Of a stretch of 15,097 bases of DNA, positions 7,683 to 14,554 are shown piece after piece; position 1 is the first letter of the stretch, and each line of letters starts with the position of its first letter. The stretch lies in IMG/VR virus record IMGVR_UViG_3300044957_001275. The stretch is one strand, 5' to 3'. The DNA is from a virus. The position numbers and the translations under genes were made by a program. Below the pieces are notes generated by a model. That model searched no databases, was not told the origin of the DNA, and saw only the letters and a program-made list of their open reading frames with translations.

Positions 7683-7700
7683 ATCTGAAATTATTCAGAT
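7683..7700 (-). terminator. Hairpin immediately 3' of the 7701-7931 gene
   Basis: Perfect 7-bp stem with 4-nt loop (ATCTGAA-ATTA-TTCAGAT) directly after the stop codon; only an interrupted T-rich tract follows, so it may be a processing or weak termination signal between this gene and tRNA-Gly. Confidence 0.35.
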
Positions 7701-7931
7701 CTAATCCACCTTATTAAAGGTTTGTCCTTGAATTTTAGAATCAACTATATTTCTTACAAGCTTAATAGTTTCTTGCAAGTTTATCTGACCAAAATTAAGT
7801 GACAAGTGAAGATCCCAAACAGCATCTGTTACTCTTCTAGCGGAAGATTGTGCCAGCTCAGGAGATATCCCATCCACTTTCATTGAATCATATATCAAAT
7901 GATAAATCTCAGTGTATGATATGTTTGACAT
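7701..7931 (-). CDS. Hypothetical protein
   Basis: 76 aa intact ORF MSNISYTEIYHLIYDSMKVDGISPELAQSSARRVTDAVWDL... Confidence 0.55.
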   Translation of the reverse strand: MSNISYTEIYHLIYDSMKVDGISPELAQSSARRVTDAVWDLHLSLNFGQINLQETIKLVRNIVDSKIQGQTFNKVD

Positions 7932-8149
7932 TTGTTTGACAACCTTTTATCTGGTGTGAGAGCCAAATTTAATTGGCCCCCACACCTGGAGCATCTGACT
8001 TCGTGCCTATAGTATATCAAAAAAAGAAAAAAAAACCAATAGGGGAAAAAAGTTTAAAAATGAAAACTGGCTTGAAAAATTTTTTCCAATTTTACTCTAT
8101 ATAGGCATCTTAAAGGTTACTATTAAATTATAATTTAGGAGGAATATGT

Positions 8150-8623
8150 ATGGATGATAGACTTGCTGCGGCAGGAACTGGAGCTGGACTTGCTGGTGGA
8201 CTATATATGGGTTACCGACTGGGCACTGGAAAAGCCAGTAGAGGACTAAGATCTGCTGCAGGAAGCCTTGAGAAAAGCGGCAGAATGTACCAAAGAGGCA
8301 GTACTGCTTTGGGTGGACTTGGTAAAGGGCTTTATGGACTTTCTGCTGGTCTTGCGGCAACTGCTGCTTATCAACACTATGGTCAGGGTGATACTGTTGG
8401 TACAGCTGGTTATGGAGCATTGAGCGGAGGCGCTTTAGCTGCTGGTTTTGCTGTTAGGAGTAAGGGTAAATTTTTAGGCAGAGCTTCTAGAGGTATGTTC
8501 GGTGCAGCTGGCGATCTGAGAGCAACGGCTGCTACTGTAGACTCAATAACTGCTGGTGGCGCACCAGCCTTAGTTGCTGGATCAAAAGAGCTTGCAATAG
8601 AAGGCGCAAGAAGGCGGAGCTAG
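8150..8623 (+). CDS. Gly/Ala-rich hydrophobic (probably membrane-associated) protein
   Basis: 157 aa on the plus strand with SD AGGAGG a few nt upstream of ATG; repeated GxxxG-type hydrophobic segments (GTGAGLAGGLYMGYRLG, GGLGKGLYGLSAGLAATAAY, GTAGYGALSGGALAAGFAV). Confidence 0.75.
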   Translation: MDDRLAAAGTGAGLAGGLYMGYRLGTGKASRGLRSAAGSLEKSGRMYQRGSTALGGLGKGLYGLSAGLAATAAYQHYGQGDTVGTAGYGALSGGALAAGFAVRSKGKFLGRASRGMFGAAGDLRATAATVDSITAGGAPALVAGSKELAIEGARRRS

Positions 8624-8691
8624 ACTTTCTAGAGCTATTCCTATGGCAGGCAGGGCAGGCAGGAGATTGTCTAGTTTCATATAAACAAATC

Positions 8692-8700
8692 TGTTATAAT
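8692..8700 (+). promoter_or_regulatory. Extended -10 promoter candidate for the 8708 gene
   Basis: TGTTATAAT ending 7 nt before ATG 8708. Confidence 0.4.
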
Positions 8701-8707
8701 ACATGAT

Positions 8708-9013
8708 ATGGAAAAAAACGTTGCCTTAGAAACTTATCACGAATTAGAATATAAGGGTGTAATAAAAGAAGAGCAAGAAAAAAATTCTTTTGCTGACCAA
8801 ATAATTCCTCAAGCATTAGAGGAAATGTACTACGTTTCTGGAAAAACCGGTGCAGAAGCAATGATTGATTTTTGGACCGACGTTGCAAACGGTAAATATA
8901 TGGAAATTTGTAAAAAACTACAAATTCCAAATCATCTAGGTTTAGTACATTCCTCAAGCACGTTGGCTAAGCACTTTATTGAAAGTGGAAAAGTAAATCT
9001 TAAGAAAGATTAA
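8708..9013 (+). CDS. Hypothetical protein
   Basis: 101 aa intact ORF; convergent with and overlapping the 3' end of the 9000-9512 gene. Confidence 0.6.
   Translation: MEKNVALETYHELEYKGVIKEEQEKNSFADQIIPQALEEMYYVSGKTGAEAMIDFWTDVANGKYMEICKKLQIPNHLGLVHSSSTLAKHFIESGKVNLKKD
8996..9011. terminator. Small palindrome covering both convergent stop codons
   Basis: AATCTT-AAGA-AAGATT, perfect 6-bp stem with 4-nt loop, between the plus gene (stop 9011-9013) and the minus gene (stop 9000-9002). Confidence 0.25.
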
Positions 9014-9512
9014 GCCTTCTGTATTTTTTTGGAGATTTGTCAGTAAAATATATTTTCCAAATATCTTTATTGAAAAGATCTGCTATATTTTGAGCTTTTG
9101 GTCCAGAAAGATACATTTTTCTTTCTTTATTTTCGTGTGATTTCTCTTCTACTGGCCATCCGTACAAAATACCGTCAACAAAATCAAGATTTTTTGATTT
9201 ATCCAAAAGCTGCTGCTCTGACTCTTCACCAAAAAGTGTGTTAAAATCAACATAAACACCGCCATAACAGTTGTCTAAAGCAGACTGAATTGTATCAAAG
9301 GCCGTTCCAGCTGTTCCTATACAAAAAACGACATCACAAACGCTAAATATCTGATTTAAAGTTCTAAGATTTTTTAAACCAAGTCGTTCGGCGCGGTCAA
9401 TGGTTTCTTTGGATCTACCGTCAAGTGCGCAATATATTTCGTGTTTTTCTGCGAGTGATAATGCAAGACTACCACCCATTTTTCCAGGAGACAAGATTCC
9501 TATTTTGTACAT
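9000..9512 (-). CDS. 6-phosphogluconate/3-hydroxyisobutyrate dehydrogenase-like NAD(P)-binding domain protein
   Basis: Internal start MYKIGILSPGKMGGSLALSLAEKHEIYCALDGRSKETIDRAERLGL; Rossmann GxxxxGKMG motif; CDVVFCIGTAGTA...; GGVYVDFNT. Only the NAD-binding half is present. Confidence 0.7.
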   Translation of the reverse strand: MYKIGILSPGKMGGSLALSLAEKHEIYCALDGRSKETIDRAERLGLKNLRTLNQIFSVCDVVFCIGTAGTAFDTIQSALDNCYGGVYVDFNTLFGEESEQQLLDKSKNLDFVDGILYGWPVEEKSHENKERKMYLSGPKAQNIADLFNKDIWKIYFTDKSPKKYRRLNLS

Positions 9513-9573
9513 AAAATTTTTTTTTATTATGGTACGATTCCTGTTCAAAGCGCCTCAATCCCGAGTATCAAAT

Positions 9574-9774
9574 TTAGAGTTTACGCACCTCAAGGACTAC
9601 AAAGCCAGAAGCTTCAATTACCTCGTTCCACATGTTTTCTTCAGCTGTCGAAAGCTGCCCAGCGGAAGCTAATTGCTCCATTTTTTTGACCAGCTGTTTA
9701 TATTCAAGTCTTGACAAAGTACGCCGAACTATCTGTTCAGCCAAACCAGGGTCCTTTGGGTGAAACGTTTTCAC
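9574..9774 (-). CDS. Hypothetical protein
   Basis: 66 aa; 4-nt overlap with the upstream gene 9771-10094. Confidence 0.55.
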   Translation of the reverse strand: MKTFHPKDPGLAEQIVRRTLSRLEYKQLVKKMEQLASAGQLSTAEENMWNEVIEASGFVVLEVRKL

Positions 9775-10094
9775 CGACCTAAACCAGACTCGTTATACTT
9801 GTTCTTCACCCAATCTGAGCAAAACATAAACCAGTCTGCTTGATCCTTGTTGTCAACAGAGTATTCAGAACCCTTTTTAAGGTATTCAATTAAACCTAGA
9901 ACTATGGAGTTTTCATCTTTTGGTACTGTTTGTGAAACTGTTTGTTCTGTCATAGTTGGTTGTTGCCCAACTGCCGGTTCTGCTGATACTTGTTCTTGAT
10001 TTGAGGCGTGTATTTCTTGTATTTTTGCTTGAGCTTCTGGGCTCATCATACTTTGAGAAGACTCGCCTGATGTTAATAGTGTTTCGTCTGACAT
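9771..10094 (-). CDS. Hypothetical acidic protein
   Basis: 107 aa; SD AAGGAG upstream of ATG; Ser/Gln-rich N-terminus. Confidence 0.65.
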   Translation of the reverse strand: MSDETLLTSGESSQSMMSPEAQAKIQEIHASNQEQVSAEPAVGQQPTMTEQTVSQTVPKDENSIVLGLIEYLKKGSEYSVDNKDQADWFMFCSDWVKNKYNESGLGR

Positions 10095-10106
10095 GTTTTT
10101 CTCCTT

Positions 10107-10156
10107 GTGTTGTTATATTATATCACAAAACGTGTTGTTATATTATATCACAAAAC
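10107..10156. repeat. Perfect tandem duplication, 2 x 25 bp
   Basis: gtgttgttatattatatcacaaaac at 10107-10131 and 10132-10156, identical. Confidence 0.97.
10117..10150 (-). promoter_or_regulatory. Duplicated extended -10 promoter candidate upstream of the 9771-10094 gene
   Basis: Minus strand reads TGATATAAT at 10125..10117 and again at 10150..10142, one per 25-bp repeat unit, followed by the AAGGAG leader. Confidence 0.45.
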
Positions 10157-10453
10157 TTGAAAACTATCAATACCAGGAATGAGACCCAATCCAGATCCAT
10201 TGTCCCAGTTTACAAAAACTGTTCCTGCATCGTCAACATGACTTACCGTACCGACATCTCCAGGAACAATGTCGGTATATGCATCTGATGTGTATACCAT
10301 TTTGACGCGCCTTCCGACTAATTCGTCACCATGCTCAACAAGAGACATTATATGTTTTTGAAACAAGGCTATATCTTCTGATATTATTTCTTCGTTATTG
10401 AGTATTTTATCAACCGTTTTGTTAGTACAAAACCAAAAGTCATCTTTAATCAC
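10148..10453 (-). CDS. DUF4314-like domain protein
   Basis: 101 aa; VGRRVKMVYTSDAYTDIVPGDVGTVSHVDDAGTVFVNWDNGSGLGLIPGIDSFQVL resembles the short DUF4314 module. Confidence 0.75.
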   Translation of the reverse strand: MIKDDFWFCTNKTVDKILNNEEIISEDIALFQKHIMSLVEHGDELVGRRVKMVYTSDAYTDIVPGDVGTVSHVDDAGTVFVNWDNGSGLGLIPGIDSFQVL

Positions 10454-10776
10454 GCAATTGCTTCCTTTTTCCGAGACAAAGTTTTATTTTCCATTTCAAT
10501 TCCTCTCCTAGAATGCTTCGCGGCGTTTCTACATATTGGCGGATAATGTAAATTAACGAAAATTGTTACTCCTTCACCACAAGAGGGACATTCCCATCTT
10601 GTAACAGTTCTTGTTTTTTCGGCTTCTTCTTTTGGCATAGTTAAAACTTTTTCAAAAGAAACGACGTTTTCGTTAACGCAATCTGGGCAGAATCTTGGCT
10701 TTCTTCCCCGTGAACGAGTACGGGTCCAAGACCCTGAACACATTTCACATGTAAGAACTTCTTTTTGTCTTGACAT
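10450..10776 (-). CDS. Zinc-ribbon-like protein
   Basis: 108 aa; CEMC...CPDC...CPSCGEG cysteine pairs; ATGA 4-nt overlap with the downstream gene. Confidence 0.6.
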   Translation of the reverse strand: MSRQKEVLTCEMCSGSWTRTRSRGRKPRFCPDCVNENVVSFEKVLTMPKEEAEKTRTVTRWECPSCGEGVTIFVNLHYPPICRNAAKHSRRGIEMENKTLSRKKEAIA

Positions 10777-10838
10777 TTGATACCCCTGTATATTTAATTC
10801 ATATTATATATATAATACACGAGATATCTGCAAAATTA

Positions 10839-11450
10839 CTACTTTTGATCTTGTACGTAACTATGGAAGGGTGTGCCAGTGTGCGGATCGTTTCTTGTTG
10901 CAACCGCAAGTGCTTTCATAGCCATCGTTTTAGCGTGATAAGAAGTCTTAATTTTTTTATTGCCGATCATAGCGTGTAAAGCACCGAGCGCGTATGCAGA
11001 ACCAGTACCAAGAACATAAAGACCGTGTGCATCAGAATGCCACGAATAATCGCCGTCAACAACGTAAATACTTCCATTTATGACAACTATAATTGTAGAA
11101 TCCTGTTCTGCAATATGTCTTTTGTCTTCATGGTTTTCTGCAACAGCATAACCTTGCGCTTCGAAACATTCTCTAAGCGCTGGTATGAACTTAACGGTTA
11201 TAAATTCGTCAAGTTTTTTGCCTTTTAAATTAGTTGGAGTAGGGGGATTAAATGCGTGATGCAGAATATTGATAGCACGCATATCTCCGGCAGCACCGAA
11301 CAAATATTTGCCGTTAACTGCAACTTTACTATTTCCTTCTCGTAAAGTAGAAATTTGACTTACATGACCGCTATCTTCAACATGTGATATGCGTGAATCC
11401 GAGCATACAACAGCAAAGTTGTCTCCTTGAATTCCAACAATAGTAGTCAT
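10839..11450 (-). CDS. Ntn-hydrolase, proteasome beta/HslV-like peptidase
   Basis: 203 aa; MTTIVGIQGDNFAVVCSDSRIS... with candidate catalytic Thr right after Met, SKVAVNGKYLFGAAGDMRAINIL; IVVINGSIYVVDGDYS; GTGSAYALGALHAM, all matching the proteasome/HslV layout. Confidence 0.78.
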   Translation of the reverse strand: MTTIVGIQGDNFAVVCSDSRISHVEDSGHVSQISTLREGNSKVAVNGKYLFGAAGDMRAINILHHAFNPPTPTNLKGKKLDEFITVKFIPALRECFEAQGYAVAENHEDKRHIAEQDSTIIVVINGSIYVVDGDYSWHSDAHGLYVLGTGSAYALGALHAMIGNKKIKTSYHAKTMAMKALAVATRNDPHTGTPFHSYVQDQK

Positions 11451-11458
11451 ATTGATAT

Positions 11459-11467
11459 ATTATAGCA
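11459..11467 (-). promoter_or_regulatory. Extended -10 promoter candidate almost abutting the Ntn-hydrolase start codon
   Basis: Minus strand TGCTATAAT; -10 ends 8 nt upstream of the ATG at 11450. Confidence 0.35.
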
Positions 11468-11474
11468 CCTCATG

Positions 11475-11642
11475 TCATTCTTCAAGTTCTTTTTGCGGAC
11501 TAAAATAGGTTGATCCAAAGACTTGTAAAGCTATTTGTCTGATGTCTTCTGGTTTAGTCGTTTTTTCAGAAAACAATTGATTATAAAAAGCCTGTTTTTT
11601 CCTATAAGCTTTACTTTTCTTTTTCTTTTTACGTTTACCCAT
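11475..11642 (-). CDS. Small very basic protein, not in the supplied ORF track
   Basis: 55 aa MGKRKKKKKSKAYRKKQAFYNQLFSEKTTKPEDIRQIALQVFGSTYFSPQKELEE; start overlaps the stop of the KTSC gene as TAATG. Confidence 0.55.
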   Translation of the reverse strand: MGKRKKKKKSKAYRKKQAFYNQLFSEKTTKPEDIRQIALQVFGSTYFSPQKELEE

Positions 11643-11929
11643 TATAATTCCATATTCTGAACCATAACATAATTTATTCTTTCGGCGCGGTAAATATTTC
11701 TTATATTTGAATTAAAATACCTACCGTATGACGGAGCCTTGCAAAAACCAGAATAAATTTCAAAAGGAACTTCATAATAAGCCCAAATTGAACCAGTATT
11801 AAAAGTTAGCATTAAAATATTACCGTCTTCAAACCAAGACATTTTAACAATAAAAGAACTATCTAAAGGAGAATATGTTTCAATTCGAGAATCAGAAGGC
11901 TGATGCGAAGTTAAAGTTTCCTTGTTCAT
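11642..11929 (-). CDS. KTSC-domain protein
   Basis: 95 aa; SSFIVKMSWFEDGNILMLTFNTGSIWAYYEVPFEIYSGFCKAPSYGRYFNSNIRNIY matches the KTSC domain pattern (x-F-x-x-G-x-Y-x-Y-x-x-V-P...S.G..FN..I...Y). Confidence 0.8.
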   Translation of the reverse strand: MNKETLTSHQPSDSRIETYSPLDSSFIVKMSWFEDGNILMLTFNTGSIWAYYEVPFEIYSGFCKAPSYGRYFNSNIRNIYRAERINYVMVQNMEL

Positions 11930-12020
11930 TTAAGTCATCTTCCTCTCTTCTTGTAAGAAATGTGATCAACAATTTTAGAAATATCAGAATAAGATGAAAA
12001 ATAACAACATACTTTGACAT
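11892..12020 (-). CDS. Possible tiny single-span membrane protein, not in the supplied track
   Basis: 42 aa MSKYVVIFHLILIFLKLLITFLTRREEDDLNEQGNFNFASAF; hydrophobic helix then charged tail; weak SD and out-of-frame overlap with the KTSC gene. Confidence 0.25.
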   Translation of the reverse strand: MSKYVVIFHLILIFLKLLITFLTRREEDDLNEQGNFNFASAF

Positions 12021-12066
12021 AACATCTTTCTGATTTGAAGTGGATATTTTATATAAATATCCTCTG

Positions 12067-12140
12067 CGCGCTCGGTAGGAATTGAACCTACGACCTGCGG
12101 ATTAGAAGTCCGACGCTCTATCCAACTGAGCTACGAGCGC
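12067..12140 (-). tRNA. tRNA-Arg (anticodon UCU), CCA not encoded
   Basis: Reverse complement GCGCTCGTAGCTCAGTTGGATAGAGCGTCGGACTTCTAATCCGCAGGTCGTAGGTTCAATTCCTACCGAGCGCG; intact acceptor, D, anticodon (CTTCTAA loop) and T arms. Confidence 0.97.
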
Positions 12141-12146
12141 TTGTAG

Positions 12147-12614
12147 CTACAGTATATCAGGATAGGCATGAATGTTTTTTGTTTCTTCATCAATAAAAAG
12201 TTTTATTTGAAGAACCTCTGTTTTGTCTTTAACCATATAAACAAATCCATTATCCCAATAAGCGCCCTGAACTAGATAACCAGGAACTTCTTTTATAGAA
12301 TCAACAAGATAAAAATATCCATTTGAAATCATTTTATAAGCAAAAGTTCCTATAGGAACAGTAGACCAATATCTTGAAGATATTTGGTCTTTTAAAAAAT
12401 ACTGGGTTACATCGCTAGAAAAAGGAATTTTTGCGTGAAAGGAAACAAATTGATTAACCAGTGCCTTTACAACAGAAATATCTATTTCCTTTGAATCGTA
12501 AATATACCACTTTTTAACATTTTGATACTCTTGAAGAAAAAAATAAGAATCTTCTTCAAATAAATGATTAAAATCATTGTTTGGAGAAAATAGTTTTTCA
12601 ACAAAAGTAGACAT
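12147..12614 (-). CDS. Hypothetical protein
   Basis: 155 aa intact ORF, just upstream of tRNA-Arg. Confidence 0.65.
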   Translation of the reverse strand: MSTFVEKLFSPNNDFNHLFEEDSYFFLQEYQNVKKWYIYDSKEIDISVVKALVNQFVSFHAKIPFSSDVTQYFLKDQISSRYWSTVPIGTFAYKMISNGYFYLVDSIKEVPGYLVQGAYWDNGFVYMVKDKTEVLQIKLFIDEETKNIHAYPDIL

Positions 12615-12623
12615 AATGTTTAT

Positions 12624-12719
12624 TTACGCAGCGGTATAAAATTTGAACATACCTTCAATTATAGCAACTATCATTGCACCCAACGCAGTCAGTATTGCTG
12701 CGATAATTACTGGATCCAT
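12624..12719 (-). CDS. 31-aa single-span membrane peptide, not in the supplied track
   Basis: MDPVIIAAILTALGAMIVAIIEGMFKFYTAA, preceded by AGGAG about 8 nt upstream of ATG. Confidence 0.5.
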   Translation of the reverse strand: MDPVIIAAILTALGAMIVAIIEGMFKFYTAA

Positions 12720-12747
12720 TACAATAATCTCCTATATGCGTTATATG

Positions 12748-13140
12748 TTATACTTGTATAGTTTTGGTATTTTGTTCAGAAATACGATACTTGACATACA
12801 AAGTTTTATGTTCAATGTTTGTCAAAAATTTTAATACTGACATTTTCCATTTATAATGCTTTGATTTAAGGTCACTTATTTTCGATAATCTTTCGTATTC
12901 TTTATCAGTTTCATGCATTTCATAATCAATAGTATTATTGATGGCTGCAAGATCCATCTTAAATTTAGCGTTTTGACAAGAAATCTGAAGTTCCACGTCT
13001 CTTCTCAAATTTTGTAACGTAAAAAGCCACAACTTTAAAGAAGAATGTAAATAATCGTTTACTTCTTGATTTGACTCGTTTTTAATATCATTAATAACTA
13101 TTTCTTTAAAGCGATCGAAATCTCCATTTGTCTTTGTCAT
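12748..13140 (-). CDS. Hypothetical, probably helical protein
   Basis: 130 aa; 4-nt overlap with the UDG-like gene. Confidence 0.65.
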   Translation of the reverse strand: MTKTNGDFDRFKEIVINDIKNESNQEVNDYLHSSLKLWLFTLQNLRRDVELQISCQNAKFKMDLAAINNTIDYEMHETDKEYERLSKISDLKSKHYKWKMSVLKFLTNIEHKTLYVKYRISEQNTKTIQV

Positions 13141-13895
13141 GATTGGCTGCCTTTTTTGTAACAGAATTGGTACGCTTGGAGCATGTCGGCCTGAAAAGAT
13201 TCCTCAGCAACAGACCCCGCTTTAAGTATATAAGATAAGGAATATAATGGAAAAATAGGCCAAGAACCCAGCCAAGATATCTTTCCCTTGTAATTTTTTA
13301 TTGCAGCATCAGATCCAAAAAAGAATCTCAAAGCATTTGTTCCCACGGGACAAATAAGCTTAGGATTCATTATTTGAATTTCTTGATGCAAATACGGAGC
13401 ACAATTTTCAAAGTTCTCCTTAGAAATAGCAGAAGGATGAATAGGACATCTTACCAAATAAGTAAGACATACTTTTTCAGAACTAAACCCAATCTTTTTC
13501 AATACATTAACGAACAAAGCAGAAGACTGCTGGTCAATTATTGGAGAATCCAAAACGAATATTGCATCTGGATTTGTTGTATTCCATTTTGGAAGGTTGG
13601 GTTCTGGCGTTAATCCAGTTGATTGACATTTCCTACAATTATGGGTCACGGTATGTAAATCAGATATTTTCATTCGACCAATAATTGAAGATATTCTTTC
13701 TATTCTGGCTTCTTGAATAATATTGACTATATCCGTTTGTCCAAGTTGTGTTTCAAACGCATTAAAAATACGCTCAACAACATCTGACTCCATAAAACCT
13801 AACTGACCATAAGATCTTTCTATCGGTTTAGCCGAATCATCTAATGCCTCAGATATAAGTTGATCAAGCTCTTCCTGATTAAAATCAGAACTCAT
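13137..13895 (-). CDS. Uracil-DNA glycosylase superfamily (family 4/5-like) protein
   Basis: Preferred start MSSDFNQEELDQL (track start 13973 overlaps SSB by 89 nt). CRKC, FVNVLKKIGFSSEKVCLTYLVRCPI, NFENCAPYLHQEIQIMNPKLICPVGTNALRFFFG match the Fe-S UDG layout. Confidence 0.7.
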   Translation of the reverse strand: MSSDFNQEELDQLISEALDDSAKPIERSYGQLGFMESDVVERIFNAFETQLGQTDIVNIIQEARIERISSIIGRMKISDLHTVTHNCRKCQSTGLTPEPNLPKWNTTNPDAIFVLDSPIIDQQSSALFVNVLKKIGFSSEKVCLTYLVRCPIHPSAISKENFENCAPYLHQEIQIMNPKLICPVGTNALRFFFGSDAAIKNYKGKISWLGSWPIFPLYSLSYILKAGSVAEESFQADMLQAYQFCYKKGSQS

Positions 13896-14313
13896 CTGGG
13901 ACGTTAGTTGTTGATGTAACAGACTTAGATGAACTATCCGAAGAGTCTTTTTTCTGATAAGAAGAACCAGCATAAGTTATTGATTCTGCAACAATAACTA
14001 CCTTAGAACGGTTCTGGTTGTCTTGCTGCCAACGCTCTTGGACAAGACGACCTACAATCTGTATTTGAGAACCTTTCTTCATCTTGCCACTTGAAATTTG
14101 ATTGGCAAGAAAAGAAGCATTCTTGTTTACAAATTCAGATCCGTCTTTGAGAAAATAATTAATATCAAAGAAACCGCTACTCATGCCAGATCCTTTTTCG
14201 CTGCCAGCATAGTCAACTGCAATCCTAATTTTTGCAATGTTTCCGTTGGCAACAAGTTCTGGATCTGCAATGATTCCAGCAGTAAGTATTACTGTGTTCT
14301 TTGGGTCTATCAT
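13885..14313 (-). CDS. ssb: Single-stranded DNA-binding protein
   Basis: 142 aa OB-fold SSB pattern: NTVILTAGIIADPEL...IAKIRIAVDY...FFDINYF...ANQISSGKMKKGSQIQIVGRLVQERW...KVVIVAESITYAG plus a Ser-rich tail ending in acidic NVPDEF. Confidence 0.85.
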   Translation of the reverse strand: MIDPKNTVILTAGIIADPELVANGNIAKIRIAVDYAGSEKGSGMSSGFFDINYFLKDGSEFVNKNASFLANQISSGKMKKGSQIQIVGRLVQERWQQDNQNRSKVVIVAESITYAGSSYQKKDSSDSSSKSVTSTTNVPDEF

Positions 14314-14314
14314 A

Positions 14315-14554
14315 TCATTTCTCCTGATTTTCTGGTAGTGTTTGTTTAAAATTATGTGATATACTATCTATAAAATCAGTGGCTTGTCGGACAGCCTCAA
14401 CTGCACCATGGTGCAGCATGAGGTTGTTGACAAGGCTCACAAATAAATTATATATTCCAGATTTTAGATCAACTATTACGTCAGTTGGAACGTACTCACT
14501 AACTTTTTCTGTTAAATCTTGATTTTGTTGGTCACTATTTTCTTTTTGCGACAT
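14315..14554 (-). CDS. Hypothetical protein
   Basis: 79 aa; overlaps the 3' end of the MerR-like gene by 20 nt. Confidence 0.55.
   Translation of the reverse strand: MSQKENSDQQNQDLTEKVSEYVPTDVIVDLKSGIYNLFVSLVNNLMLHHGAVEAVRQATDFIDSISHNFKQTLPENQEK

Noticed and set aside
8097-8420. Minus-strand ORF of 107 aa opposite the Gly-rich gene
   Set aside because: Gln/Tyr-rich shadow of Gly/Ala codons; the plus-strand ORF has a strong SD and coherent hydrophobic pattern.
9956-10288. Plus-strand ORF of 110 aa
   Set aside because: Antisense to two well-supported minus-strand genes, one with DUF4314-like sequence.
12052-12059. TATAAATA on the plus strand (matches the T4 late promoter core)
   Set aside because: Would drive transcription antisense to tRNA-Arg and the neighbouring genes; a single 8-mer in AT-rich sequence is likely chance.
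13896-13973. N-terminal extension of the UDG-like ORF (MLVLLIRKKTLRIVHLSLLHQQLTSQ)
   Set aside because: Overlaps SSB coding sequence out of frame; internal Met at 13895 gives a normal short overlap.
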